Translations under genes and position numbers: made by a program
DNA from: Dendrobates tinctorius
Taxonomy: Eukaryota
Direction: 5' to 3'
Assembly: GCF_039654945.1 (NCBI RefSeq)
Contig: NW_027361688.1
Coordinates: forward strand, 1,240,001-1,304,000
Length of the DNA stretch: 64,000 bases
The notes under the pieces: model-generated
Databases searched by the model: none
The model's input: only the letters and a program-made list of their open reading frames with translations
What the model was told of the DNA's origin: nothing
Part shown: in pieces, positions 12,779 through 25,542 of the stretch
How positions within the stretch are numbered: position 1 is the first letter of the stretch
Layout of the letters: each line of letters begins with the position of its first letter

Positions 12779-14033
12779 TTAGGAAGCAACACTGATTGAC
12801 AGTCAGTTTCACATGCTGTCGGGCAAATGGAATAGACAACAGATGGAAATTATTGTCAATTATCAAGACACCCTCAATAAAGGAGTGGTTCTGCAGGTGG
12901 GGACCACATCTCAGTACCAATACTTTCTGGCTGATGTTTTGGTCACTTTTGAATGTTGGTTTTGCTTTCACACTAGTAGTAGCATGAGACGGACTCTACA
13001 ACCCACACAAGTGGTCCAAGTAGTGCAGCTCATCGAGGATGGCACATCAATGCGAGCTGTGGCAAGAAGGTTTGCTGTGTCTGTCAGCGTAGTGTCCAGA
13101 GGCTGGTGGCGCTGCCAGGAGACAGGCCAGTACACCAGGTGACGTGGAGGAGGCCGCAGGAGGGCAGCAGGACCGCTGCCTCCGCCTTTTGTGCAAGGAG
13201 GAACAGGAGGAGCCCTGCATAATGACCCCCAGTAGGACACAAATGTGAATGTGTCTGCACAAGCTGTTAGAAACCGACTCCATGAGGATGGTCTGAGGAC
13301 CTGATGGCCACAGGTGGGGATTGTCCTCACAGCCCAACACCGTGCAGGACGCTTGGCATTTGCCACTGTACACCAGGATTGGTAAATTCGCCACTGGCGC
13401 CAAGTGCGCTTCACAGATGAATGCAGATTCACACTGAGCACATGTGACAGACGTGACAGAGTCTGGGGACGCCGTGGAGAGCGATCTGCTGCCTGCAACA
13501 TCCTTCAGCTTGACCGGTTTTGCAGTGGGTCAGTAATAGTGGGGGGTGGCATTTCAATGGAGGGCTGCACAGCCCTCTTTGTGCTCGCCAGAGGTAGACT
13601 GACTGCCATTAGATACCGAGATGAGATCCTCAGACCCCTTGTGAGACCATATGCTGGTGCGGTTGGCATCTGGGTTCCTCCTAATGCAGGACAATGCCAG
13701 ACCTCATGTGGCTGGAGTGTGTCAGCAGTTCCTGCAAGATGAAGGCATTGAAGCTATGGACTGGCCCGCCCATTCCCCAGACCTGAATCCGATTGAGCAC
13801 ATCTGGAACATCGTGTCTCGCTCCATCCACCAATGTCACGTTGCACCACAGACTGTCCAGGAGTTAGCGGATGCTTTAGTCCAGGTCTGGGAGGAGATCC
13901 CTCAGAAGACCATCCGCCGCCACATTAGGAGCATGCCCAGTTGTACAGTAGGGAGGTCATACAGGCACGTGGAGGCCACACACAATACTGATCATCTTTT
14001 CCTTGTCATAAGTCTTTTCCACTGAAGTTGGGC

Positions 14034-14515
14034 TGTCGGGGTAGCTATTTAGGGAGGGCTAAATTATCCCTTCACGGTTGAGCCAGTGATGTCCAAATTA
14101 TTCCACAGAGTGTTGCTAGCAACTCAAATGACCACACAGAGACGGGGGTCTCTGTACGGGAGGATCGAGACAGATCACTAGTCCCCTTTATTTTAGTCAC
14201 TTTTATAATCTTTTGCTTAATTATGCAAAGTTCTCAACTACCAATAGCATTATTTCACTTTATAAGCCAATAATATTGCAAGAAAACCGGAAACTACATA
14301 TATGTCCGTATCCAAATAGCATAGAAAGTAATCTAATGGCATATTCTTCAGAATTCTACACCCCCGCATCCCTTATCTTGCACCTGATGGGAACAGTCTG
14401 GTTTCATGACAGCCCATCCCAATTACAAAAATTTATCTTACAGCCACAAAAATGGAGAAACGAAACCTTCAGAGAAATGAAACTTCAGCTCCGATTTTAC
14501 TTTTAACCCTTCACA
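14034..14515 (-). repeat. 3' LTR
   Basis: TG...CA termini; about 17 substitutions and 2 indels versus 18773-19265 (counted by eye); preceded on minus strand by PPT CTAGGGGGGAA (14516-14526). Confidence 0.92.
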
Positions 14516-14589
14516 TTCCCCCCTAGATAAATTTTGATAACACATATGCAACATCAGAGGTGCTATCCCAAGCTAACAGCTTGAGGGGT

Positions 14590-15060
14590 ACTGGTCTTCA
14601 CATGACTGATGCCGTATTACCAGTCATGGCTGTCGCGGAGCACCCATCCCCCGTGTATACTGCAATTCACGAATAACAATTTTTGATGACGGTGTTGGAG
14701 AACTTTTGAAGGTAGCCATATGCTTGGCTTCTACATCTTCATCAAATAGCCTTTTGAGATCGGTGCAGAGAAGAGCAGGGGCAACAACGCCTTTGGTATC
14801 ATTAGCTGTCTTAGTGCAGAATTTCCTAATACATACAGAAATACACCAAAGAACAAGTATCACATATGCAACAAGGATACAGGCAGCAACATGTAACAAG
14901 CTCTGTAAGATCCCAGCTATCCAGCCCCCAATTTCCTTAAATCAATTGGCTGGATTGAGAAAGGAGAAGGTGTCTGACCACCAACTGTCCTTATTACGAT
15001 CATTGTCTTTATCGTATTGATCTCTGAGTCTTTGAATATCTTCTAACTTTAACTTTTAAC
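14590..15060 (-). pseudogene. ERV env remnant (C-terminal transmembrane subunit)
   Basis: Trp-rich membrane-proximal stretch followed by hydrophobic LHVAACILVAYVILVLWCISVCI, located between integrase and PPT. Confidence 0.6.
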
Positions 15061-15111
15061 TTCTACCAATAATAATATGGAAAATGCGAAAAACCAAAAC
15101 ATTATGCCCCT

Positions 15112-17290
15112 TTATTTGCTATTGGCTTGTTGGGTGATGAGGAGAACTTGATAGGGACCGTCATACAAGGGTTCTAGTCCGTGGTTCCTGACATGCCTTT
15201 TCACGACTACCAAATCACCAGGCTTCAGGTTATAACAGGTGTTGGTTTCTGCTGAATCTGGAAAAGAAGAGAAAACTAGAACATGGGTGTTAGCAAGCTT
15301 TTTACTAAGCTGAATAACACATTGAACAGCACGGTCAGTTTCTTCTGATAACTGCTGAGGCTGGAAATTTGCAACTGGGGGCCTAGTACCAAACAGTATC
15401 TTATATGGGAACAAATCATATTTTGTAATAGGGGTAGTACGAATATGGTATAGTACAATGGGTAGGAGCTCTGGCCATGGAGCCGTAGTCTCCTGCATCA
15501 TTTTGGTCAATTGTCCCTTCAGTGTGCCGTTCAGCCTCTCACCTTCCCCACTGGATTGTGGGTGGTACGGAGTATGGAGGGCTACTGTGGATCCAAGCAT
15601 TGTCAGAACGTCTTGGTACACATAAGAAAAAAAGGCCGGACCTTGATCACTTTCAACAACTTCTGGAACCCCATATCTGCATATAACTTCCATCACCAGT
15701 TTCTTCGCTGTGGTCTTTGCAGTCATGTTGGTAACAGGGAATGCTTCCGGCCAACTGGAGAACCGGGGCCCAGTAGAATTTTTGCACCAGTGCGAGGGCC
15801 TGATTCTTTCCTCGATGTGTAGGCCCATGTGCCCATGTGGCAATAGCAGGGTACATCTGCTTAGGGAGACACACAAGTTGGTCCTTTTTCCAGAGACCAT
15901 TATCCATACGTGCCCTATCAGTTTTCCATTGCTTCACCTCTTTGGAGACATTCTCTGCATCATCAGTAAGCGGTCTCGCGGGGTCCGACAGAAAACTTCA
16001 GTCTGTTGTAGATCATCAGGTTCTTGTAACTGTTTACGCTGAGAGCGTGTGGTCACCATAGCTGGTATGGTTGGTTCAACGGGTAAGAGAGCGGCGGCGG
16101 CTTTTGCTTGCATATCCGCAAATGTGTTGCCAACAGTCTGTTGACTGGTCCTAGGACCGTGCGTTTTAACTTTGATAATGGCCACCTGAATAGGTAATTT
16201 GATCGAGTCCATGAGGGTTTTAACAGCTTCAGCATTTTCACTGGAGTTCCGGCAGTAGTAATAAACCCTCGATTGGCCCATAGAGCACCAAAATCGTGAG
16301 CAATACCATATGCATACTGTGAGTCCGTGTATATATTAGCCTGTCTGTTCTTGGCCAAAGTACATGCAGTAGACAGAGCCTGGAGTTCTGCTTCTTGTGC
16401 TGTCAGGGCGGGAGCGCAGCTGCGTGCACTACAGCGTCCTCTGTGGTAACAGCATATCCCGTGTGGAATCTACAAAACTCATCAGCATATCTTGAACCAT
16501 CCGTGTATAACACCAGATCAGGATTTGGGAGTGAATTCTCACTGACATTTGGTGGAGTAGCTGTTTCTTCTATCAGAAATTGGGAACAATCATATTGGAG
16601 GTAATCCTCATCACTGCCATCTTTCCTTATGGTTCATTATACCGTCTTTCAAGGCATTGTAAAGGGGTTGCATTATGCGGGATGCATCCGGTATCCACTG
16701 ACAACAATAAGTGCATAGTCCAAGAAAACGCTGGAGTTCATTTTCATCTAGTTTCATCTTTTGGAAAAGGAAGGGAGCTGGCAGCTATTTTTCTTTCTTC
16801 TGCGAGGTGTCTGGCACCCTGAAGGAGACAGTGACCCAAGAATATCACTTGACCAAGCCAGAACTGAAGTCTCGAGGCCGAAACCCGACAGTTCAGTGCT
16901 GCCAGATGCTTGAGGAGGCTAACAGTGGCAACAAATGGCAAAAGACACCTGCTCATATTATTTTTTTTTTTTGCAAACTGGTTGGGACTGTTTAGGGCCC
17001 CTTGTGGCAGAACTGTGGGAAAGGCATGCAAAATACAGATTTCCGCACTGTCTTCATCTACATAGGGATTATATAACCTAAGAATCATCTGACCATCATC
17101 TTGGAATTGTATTCTGGAGCGGAACTGTGATAACAAATCTCCCAGTAAATTTACTGGACATGTGGGAGAGATTACAAACTGAGCAGTAACCTCGGGGAAG
17201 GGTCCCACAGGGATGGGGTTTATAAAAGTATGTTAATTGGGTTTGCCATCTACCCCGATTAAAACAGCACTCTCTGAAAGTGTCCGAGTC
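15112..17290 (-). pseudogene. ERV pro-pol remnant (protease C-terminus, partial RT, RNase H, integrase)
   Basis: CPVNLLG, TVLPQG, NIYTDSQYAYG, WPEAFP, ESDQGPAF, HTPYHPQSSG, GPYQVLL motifs; frameshifted and deleted. Confidence 0.9.
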
Positions 17291-18394
17291 AGGCAGTGCC
17301 AGAATTGCAGACAAGAATTACCAGGGAGGGCTGGGGTTTGCTGTGTGTGAATGAGCTGCGGTGGGGGGCAATGTGGGAGGGGGAGCTGGAATTGGAGGGA
17401 GAACTGGAGCAGCTGCAGTTGCTAGCTTGCTTTTTTTTTTTTTTTCTTTCCCTGCTGATACAGAGCTGGTTAAAGTCTTCTGAAAACTTTTTTTTTTCTG
17501 GATCTGGAAGGGGGTGGATACTCATAACCACTAGCAATATTAGGCATAACAAGGACTGAGGCTGGCGGCGGTGGCAGATAATAGATACCGTGAGCGCTTA
17601 TCAAAGAAAAGGTGGGGGCAGTGACTCTCTGTCTCCTTGTATAATTATCTTCTAGCAGGTAGACCTCTTCTTTCAAATCATTCTTAACTATTTGCCTGAC
17701 ACATCAGTCTCGATATCTGTTTCTTCTTTAATCTCTTTCTCACACCACAGTCACGTTCTTGAACCACAATACATCCAGTCCTTGCCATAATAATAGACAA
17801 TTTTTCCTTCTTCAACATAGCAGTAACAGAAGCAATCAGAATTCACTTTCTCTGTTCTTCCTAACACCTTCGTCACACAATTCATGTGCCAAGCCACAAA
17901 ATTCTTCTTTTCCTTCCACAGACTCTCTCATTTAGAGCTAAATATCCTTACTTCAGTTGTGCACAGATCTGGAGTGGCCGTATCAGTCTGTTCCACAGGG
18001 TCAATCCCCCTCTGGGATACCCAAAATTCAACGCGGTACTCAGTGAAAGGAGGAGGGCATCTCAGACTATCCCTCTGGACACCTCTGGTTATATCTATCT
18101 ATATATACCTGAGTTACGTATCCTACCCAGTCTTCGATCACATCACCACGCCTGACTCTAACAGTGAATTCAGGATATTTTGACTATAAAGAGAGCCACA
18201 ATCACTGGTCAATCCGGGGTGTCCGTCCCTTATGAGGTACGGTTCGAGCACTGGGCCCCCAACGGGACTGCACCTCTATATGATTCCACCCATGAATCAC
18301 CCCACCATGGGGACAAACCTCACATCCTCTTTGCAGCAACAAGCACAGGAAAACCACACCAACGGTCAGTCTGAACACTATAACTGCCAACTTA

Positions 18395-18640
18395 GGCCTG
18401 TTTCACACTTCCGTTTTTTCAAATCCGTCAAAATCCGTTGGTTTCCGTAAAAAAACGGATCCGCCATTTTTTTGCAGGATCCGTTTTTTTTGTCCCATAG
18501 ACTTCCATTAGTGGTTACCGCGGATCCGTCAAAAAAACGGATCCGTTTTTTTAAAAACGGATCCGTTTGCATCAGTTTCCGTCAAAAAAACGGAAACGGA
18601 TCCGTTTGGCGGACACAAAAACGGAAGTGTGAAACAGGCC
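18395..18640. mobile_element. PIF/Harbinger-type MITE in ERV leader
   Basis: Perfect TIR GGCCTGTTTCACACTTCCGTTTT with TTA duplication. Confidence 0.9.
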
Positions 18641-18751
18641 TTACCGTGGTTGTTGTGGGGGATGATCAGTCCCAATTTTCCAGCAACTGTGTCTGCTCCG
18701 AGGGTTTTTTGTCTTGTTGTCCTCCGGGGGCAGAGGCCTCCCTGTTCGGGG

Positions 18752-18769
18752 GCCCCACATTGGGCGCCA
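18752..18769 (-). promoter_or_regulatory. Primer binding site, tRNA-Lys(CUU) type
   Basis: TGGCGCCCAATGTGGGGC three bases after the 5' LTR; one difference from the Lys1,2 PBS TGGCGCCCAACGTGGGGC. Confidence 0.88.
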
Positions 18770-18772
18770 AGC

Positions 18773-19265
18773 TGTCGGGGTAGCTATTTAGGGAGGGCTA
18801 AATTAACCCTTCACGGTTGAGCCATTGATGTCCAAATTATTCTACAGAGTGTTGCTAGCAACTCAAATGACCACACGGAGACAGGGGTCTCTGTACGGGA
18901 GGATCAAGACAGATCACTAGTCCCCTTTATTTTAGTCACTTCTTTTATAATCTTTTGCTTAATTATGCAAAGTTCTCAACTACCAATAGCATCATTTCAC
19001 TGTATAAGCCAATAATATTGCAAGAAAACCGGAAACTACATATATGTCCGTATCCAAATAGCATAGAAAGTAATATAATGGCATATTCTTCAGAATTCTA
19101 CACTCCCACCTCCCTTATCTTGCACCTGATGGGAACAGTCTGGTTTCAAGACAGCCCATCCCAATTACAAAAATTTATCTTACAGCAACAAAAATGGAGA
19201 AACGAAACCGTCAGAGAAATGGAGAAATGAAACTTCAGCTCTGATTTTAGTTTTAACCCTTCACA
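18773..19265 (-). repeat. 5' LTR
   Basis: Direct repeat of 14034-14515, adjacent to PBS. Confidence 0.92.
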
Positions 19266-19409
19266 TTATCAGCCTGTAATTTGATTTTCCACTTTGATTT
19301 TGAGTATCATTCCAAATCCAGACCTTCATGGGATATTCATTTTGATTTACATTGATAATTGTTTTATTGTTCTGAACACATTCCACTATGCAATGAATAA
19401 AAATTTACA

Positions 19410-20325
19410 CTGATGTAGGAAGGAAGGATCATCCCCGCACTGCCGCAAGACAAATTCCAAAAATTGTAGAGGTTTCAACGTGGTTTATTCTACGCGTTTC
19501 AGGGTTCAGGTGACCCCTTCATCAGGACATTCCACAAATATTATACAAAAGTTATAGGCATACGGGGTTTAAGTACACATCAGCGTTTAAAAACGACGCC
19601 CAATGGATCAAATGACACCCAGTGTCAAAGTTCAGGCTCATCAGGAAGTTCACATGACAAGATTAAAAATCAGAGAAATACAAATTAATATCTTATACAT
19701 TTAACCTTATTTTTGTTTGTAGGATAACAAAATTGAAAAAGAGAGATATCATGGAAAGAAAAAAAAATTGCGAGAATCACGGTATCACTGAGAAAAAAAG
19801 TGGAATTGAACTCACATAGGAGAAATGGAATAAATTCAGAGGTTCGATTCCACCTTTTTTCTCAGTGAGACCGTGTGTCTCTCCATTTTTTTCTTTCCAT
19901 GATATCTCTCTTTTTCAATTTCATTATCCTACAATTAAAAATAAGGTTAAATGTATAATATTAATTTGTATTTCTCTGATGATTTTTAATCTTGTCATGT
20001 GAACTTCCTGATGAGCCTGAACTTTGACACTGGGTGTCATCTGATCCATTGGGCGTCGTTTTCAAATGCCGATGTGAACTTAAACCGTGTATGACTCTTG
20101 TACAATATTTGTGGTTTGTCCTGATGAAGGGGTCAACTAAACCATGAAGTGCGTAGAATAAACCACTTTGAAACCTCTACAATTTTTGGAATTCTTCTTG
20201 CGGCAGTGCGGGGTTGATCCTTCCTACTTAAGTGTATGCTTCAACCAGGTCCTGCACTGACCTGTGGATTTGCAGCAGCCACCATTAATATGTCTTTCCT
20301 TCAATCTCACCAGGTGAGTAGTTCT
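19410..20325. mobile_element. Penelope-like fold-back fragment (arms ~19416-19813 / 19839-20228)
   Basis: ~400-bp imperfect inverted arms, each with a hammerhead motif; 20230-20320 resembles reverse complement of 4290-4385. Confidence 0.7.
19480..19535 (-). ncRNA. Minimal type I hammerhead ribozyme motif (second, degenerate copy at ~20111-20167 +)
   Basis: Minus strand GTC-CTGATGA-AGGGG(tcacctgaa)CCCT-GAAA-CGCG-TA-GAATAAACCAC. Confidence 0.65.
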
Positions 20326-22076
20326 CTTGGTGGGCAACTCTGTGTAACGTTTGAAAAGACCCTATTATTGCTGTAGATATGCCCTGAACGGCAGAGGCCG
20401 CATCTTATATCTGCCAAACCTGGTGACAGGTTCTCTTTTAATAAAAACCACAATACTAATAACACTAAGATTACCACCAGTGACATTATACACTGGAGCT
20501 CTTTACATAGTTTCAGTGTACAGGTAATACAGGGATCACCAGTGACATTATACACAGGAGCTCTGTACACAGTATACAGTATATAGTGTAAATGTACAAG
20601 TAACACTGACTCACCGGTGAAGTCTGTAGTTGAAGTCTTTTATCTTCACCCAGTGCAGACCGCCATCACTTCTTCCAGCCAGGACTCATCTCTGCAGAAA
20701 ATAACACAGTTATCTATAGCTGATCACTTTCCGAGCACATTCCGCAACTTTTACACTATGTCAGATGAAGAAAAAAAAGACATAGTGCCGCCCTGCACGG
20801 TAGCAGGACCCCCTTTTGTTATCCCCCATGGAGGACAGTAACCTCAAAATGTATATTAAATTACAGCAGTAATAATGTCCCCTGATTGGCCCCTACAGTA
20901 ATTATGTCTCCACTTGCCACTATAAACCAATAAAGTATGTTCCTTATCCTGACCTCCATACAGTAATTGTCACCCTTTTATTTAATAAGGTGCCAGATCC
21001 TGAGCCCCTTTATTTAATGTCCCCATCCTGGACCCCAATGTCCACTTTAACAAAGTCCCCTCCCTAGGCCCCTATGGCCACTACCTTGCCCAATCACAGA
21101 GTGGGTGGGATTCTCCTCACCACCTTGAGCTCCCTGGCGTTCTCTTGTGGCTTCATATTCGGCATGGTCGTTAAAATGGCTGCCGACTGCAGCTGTGACA
21201 GGGTGCTCTGCTCTGTGACAGGCCGCGCGCTGAGGTAACATGACCCAGTAGCCGCGTTTCACCTGCACTAAGCAGTCTAAACGCGTCAACTACGTCATGT
21301 CGACCATGTCCATTTTTCTTTTATATGCACTATAAATTCTTTTGAAAAATAAAAAGGAAAATCCAGTCCGGTTGAGCCGGACACTAATTTTTTTCTATTA
21401 TCCTCCATACAGTATTATGAGCACCTCGTAGTCCTCCATACAGTATTATGGGAACCACATAGTCCTCCATACAGTATTATGGGCTCCATGTAATGCTCAT
21501 TCATACAGTATATCACAGCCGCATATAATGCTCCTCCATACAGCCTATCAAGGGTCGTATACAATGCTCCTCCATGATAAATAAAAATGACAGACCACAA
21601 GGCTGAAACAGTATAACATCATATATTACATGTGGGTGCAGATAAAAAGAAAACCAACACAATCAGCCCATGGAAAATCAGTGTAGGACACACTGTAATC
21701 AATAAGAAGCAGCAAAAGGAAATCAGTGCATAGATGTCCAAGGTATGATAAAATCACAAATCTTTATTAGATAACACAGGTAGAAAAGCACAAACAATGA
21801 CAAAAAGGGTGACACAAACAGAAGCAGAGCAAAGGGGTATACAGTGTCAAAAACCTCACTCTGACCCTTATCGTGAGTAAACACCTGGTGGTAAAGATAA
21901 ATAAGTATCCAAGTATAAACACCCAATATATAACAGGCAGACCAGTGAAAAGCAGTAAGGGGTAAAATCCCCAGCTGGACAGCCATATAATCAGGGGTGA
22001 AGTTACAAAGACACAAAAGCAAGGTACATACCAGGAGGGGAGAGGGGGAGAGACACTGAATCCAAAGCTCAGCTGA

Positions 22077-22118
22077 CCCCGACGTACGTTTCAGACATGA
22101 TCTTCCTTCCTCAGGGGG
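22077..22118 (-). ncRNA. Minimal type I hammerhead ribozyme motif
   Basis: Minus strand CCCC-CTGAGGA-A-GGAAG(atca)TGTCT-GAAAC-GTAC-GTC-GGGG; perfect stem I, weakened stem II. Confidence 0.7.
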
Positions 22119-23056
22119 CGTGTCAATGGGGTGTTAATTGCGGTTTAAATAGGGGAAGTAAAAACAAGCACCAATCATGAGGGGTGACGCTGACCAATCC
22201 CCCCACATCCCCCATCACTGCCTTAGCTGGCGCTGATCAGCACGGGGCCCCATGACGTCAGACGCCAGACCACAGGCAGACAGGGGCGGGACAGGAAGTG
22301 CGTCCACCCACACATGTACAGGAACAGGAAAGACGGCCGCGGCCATCTTGGATATGGGCAAAAGGCAGGAAATCTGCCAGAACTGTGAAGGGGAATAGTG
22401 AGCGTCCCTGAAAAGACCTTACAAGATAGAAGCGGGCTGAATAGCGCTACAACTAATGAAGTACCCTAATATAACAATGTAGTAATGCATCACCAATGAT
22501 ATACAAATTAATTAATATATAGGGAAGCGCAAATAGGGAATTAACGAGAAATGTAAATGTAAACTAAGTGTATAAATTACACCTAGGCAGCAAGAATAAT
22601 CGGTAAGATGAGAGGCAGAGCACATAATATTACAGAGTTAATAACAATAACCAGTGTTCAGTGCCCATACCTATCATATATAATCGAATACATGATTTTA
22701 AATACATAAAGCCGCACAAAAGCTGTATACGTGTCAATATATACATCAGTATACACATCCATAATATTGAGCCATAAAATACACCTATATATGGATACAG
22801 CAACATCATTAGTCCAGCATTCATAATAATGAGATGGCTAAAAAAAAAAAAATGTGTACATGTGTGGGTGGACGCGCTTCCTGTCCCGCCCCCGTCTGCC
22901 TGTGGTCTGGCGTCTGACGTCATGGGGCCCCGTGCTGATCAGCGCCAGCTAAGGCAGTGATGGGGGATGTGGGGGGATTGGTCAGCGTCACCCCTCATGA
23001 TTGGTGCTTGTTTTTACTTCCCCTATTTAAACTGCAATTAACACCCCATTGACACG

Positions 23057-23098
23057 CCCCCTGAGGAAGGAAGATCATTTCCGAAACGTACGTCAGGG
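23057..23098 (+). ncRNA. Minimal type I hammerhead ribozyme motif
   Basis: CCCC-CTGAGGA-A-GGAAG(atca)TTTCC-GAAAC-GTAC-GTC-AGGG; predicted GUC cleavage after 23094. Confidence 0.75.
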
Positions 23099-23472
23099 TC
23101 AGCTGAGCTTTGGATTCAGTGTCTCTCCCCTCTCCCCTCCTGGTATGTACCTTGCTTTTGTGTCTTTGTAACTTCACCCCTGATTATATGGCTGTCCAGC
23201 TGGGGATTTTACCCCTTACTGCTTTTCACTGGTCTGCCTGTTATATATTGGGTGTTTATACTTGGATACTTATTTATCTTTACCACCAGTTGTTTACTCA
23301 CGATAAGGGTCAGAGTGAGGTTTTTGACACTGTATACCCCTTTGCTCTGCTTCTGTTTGTGTCACCCTTTGTTTGTCATTGTTTGTGCTTTTCTACCTGT
23401 GTTATCTAATAAAGATTTGTGATTTTATCATACCTTGGACATCTATGCACTGATTTCCTTTTGCTGCTTCTT

Positions 23473-23855
23473 AATGCTCCTCCATACAGTATATCATGGG
23501 CCCCATGTAATGCTCCTCCGTACAGCACATTACGGACCCCATGTAATGTTCCTCCATACAGCACATCACGGGCCCCATGTAATGCTCTTCCATACAGTAT
23601 TATGGGCTCCATGCTTCGTAATACAGTATTATGGGCCCCCATGTAATGATCCTCCGTGCAGCACATCACGGGCCCCATGTAATGCTCCTCCATACAGCAC
23701 ATCACGGGCCCCATGTAATGCTCCTCCGTACAGTATTATGGGCTTCATGCTCCTCCATACAATATTATGTGCCCTATGCTCTTCCATACCGTTATAGGCC
23801 GGGCCACATACTTCTTAATACAGTATTATGGGCCCCATGTTCCTCCATACAGTAG
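23473..23855. repeat. Minisatellite (AATGCTCCTCCATACAGYAYATCAYGGGCCCCATGT-like); left part at ~21400-21575
   Basis: Tandem ~31-36-bp units. Confidence 0.75.
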
Positions 23856-24979
23856 ACATTGTAGAGTCAGAGGGCACTGAATACACTGTAGCTGCCAGAA
23901 ACGAGGCGTCGAGGAGAGGTGAGTATTAGTGGGGTGCCCGTTCCAGCGCTGGCACTGGGCTCCCCCGACTCTCAGACCCTATGCTGTGTGTCCCACCCTC
24001 CGTTCACCCAAAGCCCCCAGCGCTTACCCGGGTTCGCCAGGTGGTGCCGCAGGCCCTGTTCATGGCGTTGGGTCGGGACTGGTTGCACTTGCCCGCGCGC
24101 TTCTGCTTCCTTGAGTTTTAAAGGGCCCGCATCCCTAAAAAATGTTTTTTCTTCTTTGTCCTTCTCTCTGGGGCCTACCGGGCATTTCACAGGTGACCCA
24201 GTGGGCCAGTCTGACTCTGGCTGTATATCTCCAGATGTATACTCACTATATATTGCTCTGTACTCCCCATATAGCATTTTATACCCACATAGTCTTATAC
24301 CTTCCATATTCTGCTGTATTTGCCCATATACTGTATACAATTAGGTCATATTTTGACCATATCTCGGGGCTATGTGGTAGAGAAGATATGAGGGTTCTGA
24401 CATCTTATTTAGCAGAGGTGAAGGCTGACGTGAATGTGGTGAACTCTGCCTGTGAGTGTGTTTTCATACAGCACTCTGCACCGCTGGACACATGCCGGAG
24501 ATTTTTGGTCAGGTTGATGTTTAAGGGTTGTCTATTAATTTGTCGCACTCTTCCGTGCACAGGATGGGAGATCGATAGCTGATGGAAGTGTGGCACTGTA
24601 GAAAACTATTTCTGTGCCTGTCATGGAGTTAAGATATGGAGGACAGCAGTAGTATAAAGTCAGAGTGTGTGAATGCTGATGTGTGTGAGGTTTCTGTGTG
24701 GGAGCCTGAAACAGGGCCGGGGTACACGTGTTTGTGTTTCCTGTGGTCCGGAACGGAGTACCGGTTGCCCCACAAACCATGTTCTGAACGGATGTCTGGA
24801 TGGAGTTTGTGGTGTGGTGGAATACATTCTTTACTCACTTTTACTTCTGGAGCCCTTGTTACCTCTCCGTCCAAGGGACTAACTTCGGCTACAAACAAGA
24901 CAGAAGACCTTGGGTCCAGGATAACAGGTCCAACTTTACTGTGCAATTCATTTACACATGGCTGCTGCATACAGATTTA

Positions 24980-25173
24980 GGCCAGGGTCAGACTTGCGAG
25001 AAACTCGGACGAGTCTCGCATGTCAATACCCGAGACTGCCGCCGGCACTCGGATCGGAGCGTTCAGCTGTATAGAAATAAATGCAGCTTAACACTTCGAT
25101 CCGAGTTCCGGCAACAGTGACGCTTATTGACGTGCGAGACTCGTCCGAGTTTCTCGCAAGTCTGACCCCGGCC
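24980..25173. mobile_element. PIF/Harbinger-type palindromic MITE
   Basis: TTA-GGCCAGGGTCAGACTTGCGAGAAACTCGGACGAGTCTCGCA ... TGCGAGACTCGTCCGAGTTTCTCGCAAGTCTGACCCCGGCC-TTA. Confidence 0.88.
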
Positions 25174-25542
25174 TTAGACAAAGTCTCTTTTTAGTGATAT
25201 TCCCTTGGTTTAGTGATCCATCAGCCCTTGTCCTTGTCCTGAGACCCACCATCTTGACCTCACTTTGCCACCCGGCTGACATCTTCCTTATCAGGGAGAC
25301 AGAGGTAAGACTCTCTGTACCTCTTCTTGACCTTATGTCCAGGACTGTCCCTGCGTCCAGACGTGACCAAAGATGTGTCCTCGTTCTTCTCGGAAACTTA
25401 CACTGAACTGTCCCATTCTCTTCTGATGCAGCTTAGCTGCACTAGAAACTGCTCGCTCTGCTATGTTTAGCCTTGCTCTCCACTGCACCCAGAACTTGAC
25501 TGAGTCCTGGACTCTGACTATACTGTGTCTGACTCACTGTAA

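Larger units (their letters stand above)
12098..14033 (+). mobile_element. Degenerate Tc1 (DD34E) transposon, 5' part; continues at ~19266-19410 after the ERV
   Basis: TA-CACTGCTCAAAAAAATAAAGGGAACAC terminus; broken transposase ~12984-13990 with FTDECRF and QDNARPH..(34 aa)..SPDLNPIEH. Confidence 0.88.
14034..19265 (-). mobile_element. Internally deleted endogenous retrovirus (class I, gamma/epsilon-like), ~5.2 kb
   Basis: Two LTRs, PBS, PPT, and gag-pro-RT-RNaseH-IN-env remnants in order on the minus strand. Confidence 0.92.
21576..23472. mobile_element. Young Penelope-like fold-back insertion (arms 21703-22320 / 22855-23473)
   Basis: ~620-bp near-identical inverted arms with hammerhead motifs; flanked by AATGCTCCTCCAT at 21563-21575 and 23473-23485. 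Confidence 0.75.

Noticed and set aside
14213-14506. Duplicated ~95-aa ORF (also 18955-19230)
   Set aside because: Antisense reading of the two LTRs; no recognisable domain
20005-20030. Additional CTGATGA as a hammerhead core
   Set aside because: No stem II followed by GAAA downstream
21723-23409. Mirror-image hydrophobic 99-aa ORFs
   Set aside because: Consequence of the inverted repeat; TTG starts, C-termini differ by frameshift, no known domain
24340-25460. Possible old LINE fragments on the minus strand
   Set aside because: Too degenerate to assign motifs or boundaries without a database search
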